Shown here: positions 28,758-42,796 of the stretch, piece by piece
Position numbering within the stretch: position 1 is the stretch's first letter
Layout of the letters: each line of letters opens with the position of its first letter
Made by a program: the position numbers and the translations under genes
Origin: Balanoglossus misakiensis
Taxonomy: Eukaryota > Animalia > Hemichordata
Length of the DNA: 64,000 bases
Direction of reading: 5' to 3'
Assembly: GCA_040954595.2 (NCBI GenBank)
Contig: CM082587.2
Location: 276,517-340,516 of the forward strand
Notes under the pieces: model-generated
Told to the model about the DNA's origin: nothing
Seen by the model: only the letters and a program-made list of their open reading frames with translations
Databases searched by the model: none

Positions 28758-30178
28758 CTAACTACTGCTTGCTCGTGTAAGAGTAGCGCCCCCGCTAGGG
28801 CGTGTTTGCTGGGTCATTCGAACCACTGTGGAGCGAAACCTGTGCGATGTGTTTGATAAGTAACTGACGCCGTTGATGCTGCCTCGCCCTCGATACTTGC
28901 GACAGATATCGGGGATCTGAGCGATGTACTTCCGGAAGTTAGGGTTGAAAACCACGTATATGAACGTGTTGAACACACTGTTGCCCATGGCTGCTGTTTC
29001 GACAAGGTAGAAGATGGTGAGATGGTGTCGAATATCTTCCAAGGTGTCGAATTTTCCGATCCAGAAGAAATCTCTGAGGACACTGTACACGTAGTAGGGG
29101 GTCCAGCAAATGACAAACATGACGACTACAATTATCAGCATCTTGATACTTTTTCTCTTGGATTCTTCGATGGCTACTTCTTGAGATTGGGTCAGTTGGC
29201 CGTGGCTTCCAGGGATCTGCCGAAACCACAGTTTCCGAGCGACGATGCTGTAGGCTATGGTTATGATCAGAAAGGGTATGACAAACTCTGACATTAAAAG
29301 GAAGAGCGTGTTAATCTGCATGGATTTGGGACTCTTCCAGTAAATTTCGCCACAGTGGGATGACCCCGGATATTGCCAAGTACCGGAGTGGATAGCAGAC
29401 GGCAATGAGACGGCGATGGAAACGAACCATGTGATGCCGACGACGATCATGGCCTTTCGAACAGACATCCGGGGCTTCAGAGGGTTCATTATCATACAGT
29501 ATCTGATGTAGAAAAGAAATAATCAAGAAAGGAAAACATGTTCAGTGGAACAACGACACTCATTTTCTCATCAAAACATATAGATTTACATCAGAGGACC
29601 GCGCTGTTACGACGATGGTTTATTTTCAGATTTGGAGAAAGGTGCAACTTTTTTAACGTGTCACCTTTGTGAGGATTAATATCTTGGGAAATATTTAAAA
29701 CGTACCTGTCGATTGCTATAGCCAAGAGTGAATTGGTCGACACGTAAAGCGACAGTGGTTTCACGAAGCTAACAATGAGGCAGACACATTTCCCAAATGG
29801 CCAGTTTTGATTGATGTAATAATAAAAGTTGAACGGTGCACACGACAATGCCAAAATTAAGTCAGAGAGAGCCAGGTTGCCAATCAGTAAGTTCGTAGTG
29901 GTGCGCATTCGACGGAATCTGTAGATGACGTAGCAGAGTAGTATGTTGCCCACACCACATACTCCAATGGTTAGCGTATACACTATCCCAATAATCGCCT
30001 TCACCCCCACTGGAACTGTCGGGAATGGCAAGAGTTCGGTATAAGATTCGTTACACTGGTAGAAGTTGTCCAGATGGTTTCCGTAATCACCGTAATAATC
30101 TAACATTTGGCAGATATGTCCATAAAACTTCGGGTCGTTGTGACTGTCGTTCAGAACTCCGGGCCTAATCGTTGCCAT
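28758..30178 (-). CDS. Class A (rhodopsin-like) peptide GPCR, prokineticin-receptor-like; exons 30178-29706 and 29502-28758
   Basis: Seven hydrophobic segments; GVGN in TM1, TNLLIGNLALSD in TM2, SLYVSTNSLLAIAIDRY in TM3 (intron within DR|Y), CWTPYY in TM6 and FYLVETAAMGNSVFNTFIY in TM7; the TM3 string and NTxxY in place of NPxxY resemble PROKR1/2. Confidence 0.88.
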
Positions 30179-33100
30179 AATATCAAAGCCTTGAAGACAC
30201 TACGGTGTTGTTAGTTAGATAAACATTGGCATCGTCTGTTGAAACTGTAGCTGAGATCGGTTGCTAGGTGAGAAATATGCAAAATCAATGTCTCAGATGT
30301 GTACAGATTTATTTGTAAGTCGATCGATCTTATATCAGGAAGTGAGCAAGAAATTTGTGGGCAGCAGCCTTCTAGATATATATATTCATGTTGATACCAC
30401 AAGCCCACCCTGAGACTGTACCAACGAAATGCTCTCCACAACCAGGGGATCCCAGTAGCCTGCAAAATATGACAATGTAAAGAAAATATTGGTGAAAATA
30501 ATTCGTAGACAGCTCACTATTAGAAAGTATCTTCGCATTTCCTAAGCATCGGTTATAAAATTAACTTGCATATTCAGAACAATCCAAAGATCACAGAGAC
30601 CAACCGTTTTTGTAACTACACTTTAAGCAATTCTGGAGACTTTCTCTTCCTATCCAGACATCTCTAAATTATGGTAATGGAATTCAAAAGTAGCTTGTTC
30701 ATTCGCCCCTTTCATCAGATAGCAAAAGACTCGAAGGATCAGGCTAACTGACAGCTTAAAAGATAAAAAATCGCAACATTTCGCTGATCAGGAAATGGTT
30801 TCCTGACAACGCCGGATTTTGCTTCAGGAATCCAGGACGACAAAGGGATGAGTATCTTCCTTTACAGTCAAAGATGTTTCTTCCTGCAATTGACAACGCG
30901 CATCATGAATACTCCCGCCATCCATATACACGCACTTACAAAGTGTCACGCGTTGATCGCGACAGCAGACATTGAGTTCCGGGGTTCAGCATAGACCTGG
31001 CATATACAGCCGGTATTTGCCGCGATGGTTATGTAAGGATGGCTGAGTAAGTGGACGTAACCTTGGGATGGGAACGGAATGATGGAAATACACTTCAGAA
31101 TTTGCCTATTAGCGCAGATCATCAAATTTAAAGATAAAAAGACCAAATAATAAGAATTTGAAAACATCCAGTCTTTAACATCTGAGACCGCAATTCAAGA
31201 TTTTTGCAACCATAGCAACCATGACTAAGCAACAACATCTCCCAAAGGATAAGTATCATGTTGATCAAAACTGAGCCACTAACCTAACCTTGAGGTACAC
31301 CTGTATTACGTTGTCTGTGTTTGTTTGTTGGTTGTGTTGTGTTGTGTATTGCGCAGAAAATTTGCAAAGAAGCGAGAACAAATCCTTGAAAAATATGTCA
31401 CTGTCAACTCCAGGTAAAACGGCTACAGTAAAGCACGATTGAAGGGAATTTCAACGAAAAGCGAGAAACTACTTCGTAGAATAGCTTTGTGTATGTCTCT
31501 TTAGGGCTTGAAATTAATGATATCACGCGATGTGCTTTGAGGTTCAGTAAACTAGCCTTCCTTAAGGCAGTGTATTAACATGTACAAAACACCATGCCTG
31601 AAAGAAGGCCGGTTCTCCGAACCCATGCGTGTGTACACGCCATTATAGGAAATGAGGCTATAGGGCCTTAGCTGCAACAAAGACATCCACGCCAGAGAAA
31701 ATGATCAATACCAAGATACTATATCGTCGCCATCTGAATATTCACGTCTCAAAACGAAATCATCTGCCTAGCGTTATACAGTACAAAGTCATAGAATAGT
31801 AATCAGTTCATTGACGAAGCAGAGTCATTCCACGTGTTTTTATTGTACATGTATCTTTGATTTATCTCAGCGTTGATAATTATAAAATGTATAATTAGTA
31901 GCAGGAGCTGAGGATGTTCAAACACGTGTTCTAGGAGTGGACATATCTTTCAACATTTGCATTTACATTGTATAATGAAATGAAAAAACCATTGGCCTTT
32001 TTTACACATATCGTTCCACTTTTGCCTCAGTTTATCATGGGTTAGATTTCAACTGTGGAAACTGTTTGATGAGACGATGAACACGGATACAAAATATAAA
32101 GATATGCCAAATGTGAGACTTCTCTCTTAAAATGTACCAATTTTCTGGTTATGTTGGCGCGTGTTGAAGAGGTTTGATCATAACTCTGGCTACACCAATG
32201 CATGAAATCCAATTACTAACTCTGGCCCCGAAAGGACAGCGTCAGACGCTAATTTATGTTCTTTGTACAAATGTATAAAGGCACTTGTGATTAATAGCTT
32301 ATACGCAGTAGATTTGAATGATAATAATGACAATAATCATTTTGGTGTTCCTGTAACTGTGGCTTGATGTAATACTCTCACCGAAGTCAACTTCGATTGA
32401 AACGAGAATAAAGAATTGCAAAGTGGCACTAAAGGTGATCGAATATGGATATGACCACTGCCTGTCGTCGATAGATTAAAACATTTCATGATGTTTTCTC
32501 AACAAATTGTCGCCCTTCAACATGAGCTACATTTCTAAAGTCACAAGAACACGCATAATTTTTTTCTATGGACATGTCATGTCACACACGATTATACCAC
32601 AATCGTTGGTCTCACAGAAGAGCACAATTGCCATTATTCACATAAGAGTGTTCCCACGCCGGATATTTCATGAACAATAATGAAAGGGCTAACAACTAAC
32701 CTTGTCAAAAATTAAAACAGTATGAAACACGTCGAATGATGAAGTGAAAACCACAGCTCGACACTCATAATGACAAAGTGCCAATCTTTGTACTGAAAGT
32801 AATGGTTGTGCATGAGTGGCAATGGCTCGGTTTTCCACTGGACTCACTTCAATAAGCGCATTGTGTGCAAAACAGACACGTCAAAAATGACATTCATTTC
32901 AAGCAATTGAAGCAGAAATAAGTATCAGTAACGTTACATGACTTTCTATTGTGTACTTAACTATATGGAAGTAATTTATCATACCGACTGAATAAAGGAT
33001 ATCATCAATATCTTCAATAGTCATTGTGTCGTCAATGTCATTATATGAATAATTAAAGATTGGTTGACAGTTCTGCATATGTATATAATAGGCTATACGA

Positions 33101-33993
33101 TATACCATTAATATTACTGTTACATATTTCTAATGTTACCTTAGGAGAAATGTTAAACTTGCTTACCTAGATCCTGTCGATGAATCATCAAACATATCAC
33201 TGAATAGACGATTGCGCTGCTCGATGTTTTTGACTACAGATAATGGTAAGTATTCATCCCGAATCTTGCTTTTCTATTCGACAAGACAACATGAATATTC
33301 AGTATAAAGCGCCCCCTATACACATTTAATGAAATGCGTGGATATTGATGGTGACGTAGTGACCAAGTCCGCAGATGGTTTTGTATGAATTTCATGACAA
33401 ATTAAAGAAAAAACTGATATAATTTATCAGTTATGTGTTTTATTCTATCAATGTCACCACAGTGTGTATGGTAATACAAATCTAATCAAAGAGACTCTTA
33501 AATGTCTGGCGCACATTTGCATTAACAAAACCAAGAAATAAATTCAGGCAAACATTTTTTTACTGACGGAACGAAATTTATCAGAAATTTATCTCGGTCT
33601 TCTATACAATTTGACATTTAAACTTGACGCCAGCTCTGTATTTAGCCTGTACTGGATTTTATTGACAACAAAATGGCAAAACCCTGAGTTTCATCTTGAT
33701 GTTGAATAGAAAATCGAAAAACAAGTTTATAAGAATTCAATTTCCTCGACATCTGTCCTTGAAGTGTGCATCCGTAGTGTTTTAACTTCCTGATAGCAAC
33801 ATGCAACAAGGACATTTAGATAATTACACAAGACGAGACATAAGGTTTTTTTTATCTCACGTGTTTACACCAACTGTATTACAGTTAATAGATAAACAAT
33901 CAGTGCGTATCACCGAGACGATCATTGGCATCTTGTAGACTCACATCCTCACCATTCTCATTTGAAAGGTTAACGACATTCTTAAATACAATG

Positions 33994-34024
33994 CACACAC
34001 GCACGCACGCACGCACGCACGCAC
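33994..34024. repeat. (GCAC)n microsatellite
   Basis: cacacacgcacgcacgcacgcacgcacgcac. Confidence 0.8.
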
Positions 34025-37000
34025 TAAGAAAGCATTCTGATGCGCATGCTAAACATTTTTTTACTTGTCTTACCTGCCTATAAGTCTTTAAATTTTGACG
34101 CGGTCTTGCAAATCTTGCGTCGGAAAATAATTACTTTTGTGAGAGTTTTAAATCCAACAAATGTACGATACGTTCCTCTCTAAAGGTCAACGAATCATGT
34201 CTTGGAGATCCGGTCTTCAGCGCAGCTGTTACTATGGTCACGGAATAATGCTAATTACACTCTCAAGTGTTTGTCATGTCTTCCTTGTGGGTGTATCATT
34301 GCCATCAGACAGAATAGAGGATTCTCATTTCCTTGCCTTTGAGTCTCTGTCAGTCTTCAAAGACTGTCAAAGCTTATCCTGTTTATAACATCTTGCTAAC
34401 CATTATGTCTTCTGCCGGATCAAACATGGAAAACAAACAACGGGTTAAAATGATGTGAATATACAAGGTCTAATTTTCAAAATCGCTTAAATGTGGCATA
34501 AGGACAACTCATCCAATTCGTGCTATTCACAACCATTAAAAAGTATTAGAGATCAAAATTAAAGTAGGCTAATCAACCAAGAATTATTTTATTATCATAA
34601 ATCGGAATACTAATTATAATACTAAAACTTCAAGTGGCGAGTCGTTTACAAAGAAGCCTGTCAGTATCCACGTGTGTGGTCTGGGGGGGCCCGGGGAGGG
34701 GGGGGGGTTACTTGTTGCCGTAAATAGGCCCGTCATTTACGACGATAGGTCTACTAGAACTTAAAAGATTTCAACTGCAGTCTCGAACAGGATGTTAGCA
34801 TGTGGCCCTTTAACTCTTTTGATCAACAATTTTATTTTTCCTAATAATTTGCCAGTCCGATTTCTTAGTAATTTGGTTTGCGGGACCCGTGGTTGCTCTT
34901 GTTAGGAGATCTATACTTGTTTTGAGTCCCAGTGCTTTACATTTGGCGTTCATATTCCCAAGAATATTCTCCGTCAGATTTATGTCTAATTATCACATAA
35001 ATTATGTAGATATCGTATGAACAATGGTAATCAGTATCGATCTTGTCCGAAAACTATCAAAGTTCAAGTATTGGCATGCCACAATTAGCTGTAGCGATTC
35101 TGCTCAAATGGGAGCACAGTGCCACTGAATCTATTGTTTTATTAATTATTATGTTTTTAGGCCACACGACTTTGCAGATCATCCATTCGCAACGTTTTAT
35201 TGGGATTTTAGAAGGCTTTGCTGACAGTCGCAAATCGACAATAGTAAACAGACAGACAGAGAGACAACATCCAGCTAATACTAGCGGTGTAACCATTTAC
35301 TAAAAAATCTCGCCATCAGCACTGCCATGTTGATTTGACAACTTCGACCTTTAGGGCTTCCTGTGTCTTTATTCCACTGGTATTCGCTAAGAGCAAAGAC
35401 GGACTCGCGCGGGAAGGCGCGCTACGGGAATCGACGGAACTTTAACAGATCCTTCTGCAAACGCGAAACTGGCTTGATTTTGTTAAATAATTAAGTGTCG
35501 AATGCACCAGCTTCGAACTTTTGACATAAAATTACCGCGGTCCCAAATCTGTTGAAACTTGTACACTAGAATGTAAGTCACTGTTGCGGTTGATTAATAA
35601 AGACAAATTATAATGACGCAAGAGGCATATTCAGTACATATCTGGTTTTAATGACGAAGACTGGCAAAATGCAATCAGGCCGTAACTATGGAGAAAGAAA
35701 ATACGTAGATTGGTTGATTGAACACTTGATTTGCTGCTTGACTTATATATTGCCATGGCAACAGAGATTGCCTTCCACTCTATGGATTTTGTAAAGGTTC
35801 CAAGGCTTTTAAACTTCCAAACCACTTGCTGAACATTTGAGCTGTTAATGAAACTCGGCATTTAATTGTTTCGTATAAAATTCCCAGGGATCCCAGCTTT
35901 TGTCACAACATTTATCTGGTTTTTGCATCAAGGGTTTACAAGGTGCGATATTTCTTACATTAAGGTAGAATGAGTCTTAAACTTTCTCTCATATTTTGCT
36001 CGAGACAACTTTAGATTATTCTCTCTTCAAGTAAATGTGAGTGGGTGTCACCACGCAATACTTTCAATGAGATTGCCAAATTGTCTCACATTCAAAATGG
36101 CCGCCAAAAAATTGGAACATTTCCGCTGTTGCATTCCCTGGGTAATACGTTAAATTAATTACCCGACGCCATTAATAATTACAGCCATATAAAACTGAAA
36201 TGCCGTCTACATTGTTTAGAATTTGTTTTATTTATAAAATTTGATAATTAATTCATGACAGATTTGTCAAGACTCACGCCATATAAATGTTTAATGCAGG
36301 CTAAATCGAAAAGATTGTTTTCTCAGTTAAAAGTAAACTTTGGGAGGAGGGCTTTTCCCGCTTCTAACATTGCTTCCATTTGTGTGACTGTGTTCAGCAG
36401 CACGTATGAGAGAAAATAAGATGCAAGGACGAAATACTAAACATGACCTTTCTTCTCAAGGTTGCAAATCTATCCTGGGGCCCAGGTGTTCTTGAACATT
36501 TGTATGCGCGTATTGATTCTGAACATGGACGTACCGCATTACGTCAGTGCACTGAACTCGTTTACCTTTCTGAAGATTAATCCGCACATCAAAGTACATG
36601 TACCCAGCTAATTTGAACGAGCTTTACTCGGGCTCATATTACGAAGACGCCAGTTCAATTTTTAGCCACCAATTGATTATGCGATTTCGCATGTCAGAGA
36701 AATGTAAGCACTCTTGTGTGATGAATTTCCCCTCCACACATGTGCAAAACATTTTATAAGATTCAAGAAGTACTGTTCCCAGCACAAGCTTTGTCATTTC
36801 AAAACTAAACCCGGCAGGTGTAGACGGATTGACAATATGTAAATCAAACTTTCGAAAGATGTCTAGTCTTTGGAAATTCAAGGCGTATATGGAAATTAGA
36901 TCCCTGGTGCAATGGAGTACGCCAAATTGTTTGCTGACTTCTGGGTCTTGCCATCATTCTATGTACATATGCTGCGTTGCTGGTTGTTGCAAAGCTAGGC

Positions 37001-38839
37001 ATAACCGGCTGAGTTTCATGTCAGGCGTCATTTGAACTTATACTGCATGTCAACGATATTTTGGGAAAGAGCAAAGCCGGATGCATGGATAGCTGTACAT
37101 AATACGGTTTTACGAATGCGGTCACGTTGCAAAGATTTGCACCGACTGCTCTTCTTTATTGAGAGATAGAATTCCACATCTAATCATTCAGAGCACAATC
37201 AGTGAGGAGTTATTTTCCAGTTAATTTAGGAGAGGCAGAACGATTGGAAACCAATCTTCTTTGATAATTTATATAATACTTTCTTAAAGAATCGATTTCC
37301 TGAATATTAAAAAGCAAACTGACAGCCGACTTCCGAACAATAATTTTTTGGCGAAGCAACAAAAGATTTTCTTTACATCTGGTACCAATTGCACGGATTT
37401 CAACGTAGTTGTGGTATAAAGGGTAAACTTGAGGAAAGAGATTCTTAACTTTCATGCAGCGAAGAAGTCACTTGATTGTCCATTGGAGTCATTTGAGAGG
37501 AAAATTTCGGAGATTGTCTTAAAGGCTACGTGTGTATTCTTTTGATCCTCAGAAAACTAACCTAACAATAGTACACCCGGAAATTGTTCGCAATAAGTAC
37601 AAGAGTTAATAGGAAAAATGGCATGCAATTTCCTGGTATGTGTAAAAATATTTTTTTTCCATCCAGAGTTAAAAGATAACTGGTAGATTTTTTCCGGTGC
37701 ATTTTTTTCAGTTGCAATGATTGGATGATGCACGGACCGTGAGAGGCCCCCCCCCCCCAACCATGGATACTTTTAGCTCCCTTGTTTCGGTTGTAACGTT
37801 TGGTTTAAGAAAAGAATATCAAGCAATATGTAAAAAGAAACTCTAAGAAGTTAATGTCTATTAAAGCTCACCCTATGGTCGATACACTGCTTTGAGCAAT
37901 GGACGTCACGTCGTAGACTGAGAAACCTCGCCGCGTCTCTCCCAGCGCCATGCATCGCTTCTCAAAATGGAGGAGCACAGCTAACGCCCTCGAGCGACAG
38001 GATTCCCAGACTAGAGGACGTCCGTGCATCTCGTCGCAACCTGCAGTGGTAGAGCAGGTGTGAATGTACTTTTTTTACGCCTCGCCGAATAGAAATATAG
38101 ATTCCTGAATTTCGCACTTCATTTCTCGCTTCCCCATCTGGTGAAATTAGTAGAGGCAAATCCAGAAAGTCACACTAGGCTGTTTTACATTGGACGCCTC
38201 CACAGACCGACCTGGAAACGCCACTGAATATACACGTGCAACCGGGTATGGTACAAAAGAACGGATCGATAAAATCGATAACCATGCTACTAGCGCGGAA
38301 TGGAATGGGCAGGGTCTAGAAGATGATTATAAAATATTACCGTGATCTTCCCATCACGGTGAAAGGCCACAAAGCAACTGTAATGTAATAGTCATAATTT
38401 TTATTTTGAACACAACAGTCATTGAATCAATATTTACCAATAAAAGTAAGGAATATCTACGATTTGTATACATACAGTCCAAGTCGGGAAATTTCGTTTA
38501 TGTCAGCAAAAAGATTGTCCATATTTTCATGAAAGAAGAAATGGAGTTGATTATCCCTATGGCATTAATATTTGGCTGTAAAGAGCATATCACAAGAACG
38601 AGTGGTCTACACTTGCGATTGACAATTACAAAAACAGATGTTGCATACTGAAAATGTTTCTCAAGTGCTATGGAAGAAGATATTTAACAGCCGTCATCTC
38701 TGGTAACAATTCTTTTCTCGGAATATTACTTTGTAACTCAAAAAACATGTAGAAGCTTATTGTGGAAATTTCCTCAGGTTGTCTCTTCACATTCCACAGT
38801 TTGGACGAAAGTGAAAACCTTGCCAAAAGATGCTGACAA

Positions 38840-41453
38840 TTACATTCCATATGCGAATGCGAAAATTCGTTGAATGGTATCTAACTGTATCCAGAAACGA
38901 GAGATAATGACATATTGCATAAATCCGATTGCAATGCCTGCAACCACATCCATCACATGGTGGCGCCCAAGCATCAGCCTCGACAAGATGATAGTGGCGA
39001 AGACCAGATCCAGGGTAATTGATGCGCATGTGTTTATATCCAGATTGGTTGCCAGGATACAGCAAACAAGTGTGGAGCGGGTGGCGTGTCCAGATGGAAA
39101 GGACAATCCAATGTCGTTGGCGGTCAATGTCATGAACATTTTGTCGGTTGAATTACGTTTGGGACGAGGACGCCTTACTAGAAACTTCAGGGTGACGACC
39201 ACGATGATGTCCATACAGATTGCTGTAAACATGAAACAAAACATATGTAAATAGCGGCTTTTAAACCACTTAACACAGCTCTTCCGACGGTCAAGTTTCT
39301 TTAAACATATCTCAAACAGCTTGCTTCTGATCACATTCCTATCTGCTTCAAATCATTCGCCATCTGACTCAACCATCCAATCATATTGAATATATTGGAT
39401 TTTGCAAGCAGTCCCCACTAACACTGTCAGAAACCGCCGCTTTCCTTTGGCACTTCTCAGCGCCTTTCCAACCAGATGATGGTTAAAAACTATTATAGTC
39501 AAAAAGATACCACAAGCTGACACTGGCTTTCTCTGTTTTTATTAGATTGCTATATATATGACTTCCGAATAATGTAACTTTCTCAAACACGGTTGGTTCG
39601 CCAGTCCAATCAAAATCGGAAGAACCATGGCGCCTCTAAATTGAATTATTTCACAGACAGAAGAATGATCTCAAATAACACTTTATCACTGTTGTTGACT
39701 TGTTCAACAGATATTAGCCAAATAAATATCATACTAGCAAATGTGACCAACGGCAGTATACATTCACCCAATCGCCCAAGAAAAATTAAATTTCAGTAAG
39801 CTTGCCTTCAAATTTAATAGAAAAACACCAAACGCAATGATTAAATTAAAAATCGATCGTACAAAATGAGGTGAGTTGTTCCACAGACGGAGTTGATAAG
39901 AGTCTAGTTCATGTATTACTATTACCTGCGTTATCAACTTTTAGTGAACACGCCGTTACGTTAACCCTTGGAGTTGAACGATTCGGCCTTTAGACTGTTG
40001 AATATAATTGATATTTATGGACATTACAGATCAGCAAGGTCGTCAAACGCTACCAAATCAGCTTACATAGTATTACCTGAGTAAACTGTCGTTGATTTTC
40101 CAATTAGTTTTGCCCAAGGATATAAATTGGCCAAAACCCTCCTCGCCAATCAGTTTGGCGTCAATTTTCCCAATACAAATTTCATTTCCTTTGACAATAG
40201 CTTAAAACTGGATTTAGAGTCCATTGTTTGAGCAGTTGTCCCTAGAGTAAACACTTACAAGATGGAAACTATTGTGTTGTTCTTGATATTTGGTCGCTTT
40301 CATTTACCTTCAAATTGATGCAGTTGTTCAAAAGACGCCGAGAAAGTTTGCAGGTAACTCGTCTTTTGTCTCTGAGAAAACAGTGAATCGTACTGGATAT
40401 GAATAAGGTTTGAAAAAGCAACGTTTGTCACATTTGAGGAGAAAGTCACATTTGTGCCATCGTTTGAATAAAACAAAATAACATATAACAGCGACTTGGT
40501 ACATGTAGTAAAATTACTCTTGTACAGATTTGTCCACGTGCAATTATCCCCAGATAGTTCCAATTGCGTTTTCTGTTTGTACAGGTGCGATTCGGTGTGT
40601 TTGCAGCGATATGAAGTTGACTTCCACAGGTAAATTTAATTTAATATACACACAATGTAGGTCCACCAAAATAGAACGTGGTACTAAAATGATGACATGT
40701 CCTACATCGATTTCGCGGAATTCTACTAAGCTATTGTAAGAAGTGACGTTAACACCAAACGATTCCACGAACTTCATTGTGTTCCTGATGTGTGTACATA
40801 AAGCCGAAATATATGGCATCGGTTGGTACTCGTACTTCCGAAGGCCATCGCAAAATCTGTGATAAATCATCCACGTCATCTATCTTTCCTGGAAAACGTT
40901 GCATTATGCGCACGCGAGCGGAATCCATGATCCGGGTGTCATTTTTGTGACCGAGAGGGAAGGATCCTATGAAAGCCTTGAAATAAACGCAAATTTGCCA
41001 ACATGTTTTATTTACAAATTCACTAACTATATTTAGCTTGAAATTGAACAAACTTTTCGTGCTAAATAATGACCCCATACGAGCTTTCGAGACTCAATCA
41101 CCAAGTCTTTACTTTAGCTTATATATTCCTCCATATGGATATATTTTCACTAGTGTTATCTACTCCAATTTCTGCAAAATTATGTTTTCTTGAAAAATAT
41201 TGAAAGAATCGTGAAATAACTCACCAATGGACACATTAAACATAAGTTGCTTGATATGGTCATCCGCGACGAGGATAAATGACGTCACTGTAACAAAGAG
41301 CCACAAGAGACCATGGCCGAATATTTCCATCACTTTCATCAATGGTCTCAGACTTCCCAGTGCCGAGTCTTTTCTTGCGCAGACACTCATCATTTCCGTC
41401 AGGTGGACGTCCAAGTCAAGCAGTCTTTTCACGAAGCTTTCCGTCGCAAACAT
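38840..41453 (-). CDS. PAP2-superfamily lipid phosphate phosphatase, PLPP6/PPAPDC2 (polyisoprenoid diphosphate phosphatase)-like; exons 41453-41225 and 39222-38840; start codon tentative
   Basis: Exon 1 LLDLDVHLTEMMSVCARKDSALGSLRPLMKVMEIFGHGLLW resembles the PLPP6/7 N-terminal region; exon 2 has all three PAP2 catalytic motifs: KFLVRRPRP (KxxxxxxRP), SFPSGH and SRLMLGRHHVMD; phase-1 GT-AG junction. Confidence 0.88.
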
Positions 41454-42100
41454 TTCGCTGTCTACATCGAGGTTATCGTGTAGGTCGCTTTCTTTTATCA
41501 ACGGGCGAATACCAGACGTTTCATTCGTATGCTAGCGTTGTGCACCTGCAGTGAAAATCCCGGCGTCCTTTACACCATTCACCTGGATCAACTAAATGCG
41601 CATAGTCTGTAACTTCAAACGAGCGAAGCTCTTCCAAAGTCGAACATTCAATTAACGTCGCGGAAACTTTCCAAAATTTGGAAGAGTTGTGTCCAGTTGG
41701 AGCGTTGGGATACAGCAATGACCCCTTCGCTTAACATCTGCAGTCAATCGACGACCGTCGAGCTGTGCACTCGTTGTTGAGTTTTCTCATCCAATGAGAT
41801 CAGTCCCTCAATGCTGACAATCGAAGCATACAGTTTACAGTGAATAGCAAGTGCAAGTGGTGGTAACATTTTGTAACAGATTGCAACGCTGACCCTGGTA
41901 TCATTAATTATTACGGTTTAAATATCTGTTGGCACAGTAAAGTTTATTATTTACGATCCCAGCTGCCTATATCATAACACAGAATGCGTCTAAGGTCATA
42001 TTGATCATGCGAGTCTCTGAGAATTACAGACTTTGAACGCTTGTTGCCTGAAAAAGATCACTTACTTTGCTTTCCAAGTTTCTTATTCAATTTACCGATT

Positions 42101-42796
42101 ATGATTTCATGAGCTATAACCCATGATTTTTTTCAAAAATCGACGAAATTTTGAAATTTCGCGAAGTCGAAAAATTGACATTTCTGGATGATTTTTATGA
42201 GCTATAACCCATGGTTTTTATCAAAAAATGACCAAATTTTGAAATTTCGCGAAGTCGAAAAATTGACATTTCTGGATGATTTTCATGAGCTATAACCCAT
42301 GGTTTTTATCAAAAAATGACCAAATTTTGAAATTTCGCAAAGTCGAAAAATTGACATTTCTGGATGATTTTCATGAGCTATAACCCATGGTTTTTATCAA
42401 AAAATGACCAAATTTTGAAATTTCGCGAAGTCGAAAAATTGACATTTCTGGACGATTTTCACGAGCTATAACCCATGGTTTTTATCAAAAAATGACCAAA
42501 CTTTGAAATTTCGCGAAGTCGAAAAATTGACATTTCTGGATGATTTTCATGAGCTATAACCCATGGTTTTTATCAAAAAATCACCAAATTTCGAAATTTC
42601 TCGAAGTCGAAAAATTGACATTTCTGGACGATTTTCATGAGCTCTATTCCATGGTTTTTATCAAAAAATGACCAAATTTTGAAATTTCGCGAAGTCGAAA
42701 AATTGACATTTCTGGATGATTTTCATGAGCTATAACCCATGGTTTTTATCAAATAATGACCAAATTTTGAAATTTCGCGAAGTCGTAAAATTGACA
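42101..42796 (+). repeat. Edge satellite subfamily: ~8 tandem copies of an 88-bp monomer GAGCTATAACCCATGGTTTTTATCAAAAAATGACCAAATTTTGAAATTTCGCGAAGTCGAAAAATTGACATTTCTGGATGATTTTCAT
   Basis: The GAGCT anchor recurs at 42111, 42199, 42287, 42375, 42463, 42551, 42639 and 42727 (period 88); roughly 80% identical by eye to the 87-bp main monomer. Confidence 0.95.

Noticed and set aside
34682-34707. G-rich run (possible G-quadruplex); also a poly-C run at ~37747-37758
   Set aside because: Simple homopolymer tracts with no further supporting context
35960-36115. Segment starting TTAAGGTAGAATG and containing CAAAATGGCCGCC, reminiscent of a non-autonomous DNA transposon end
   Set aside because: No matching second terminal repeat or target-site duplication could be identified in the window; needs a repeat-library search
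40544-41078. ORFs (109 aa and 111 aa) in the PLPP6-like intron
   Set aside because: No recognisable homology; lengths are compatible with chance
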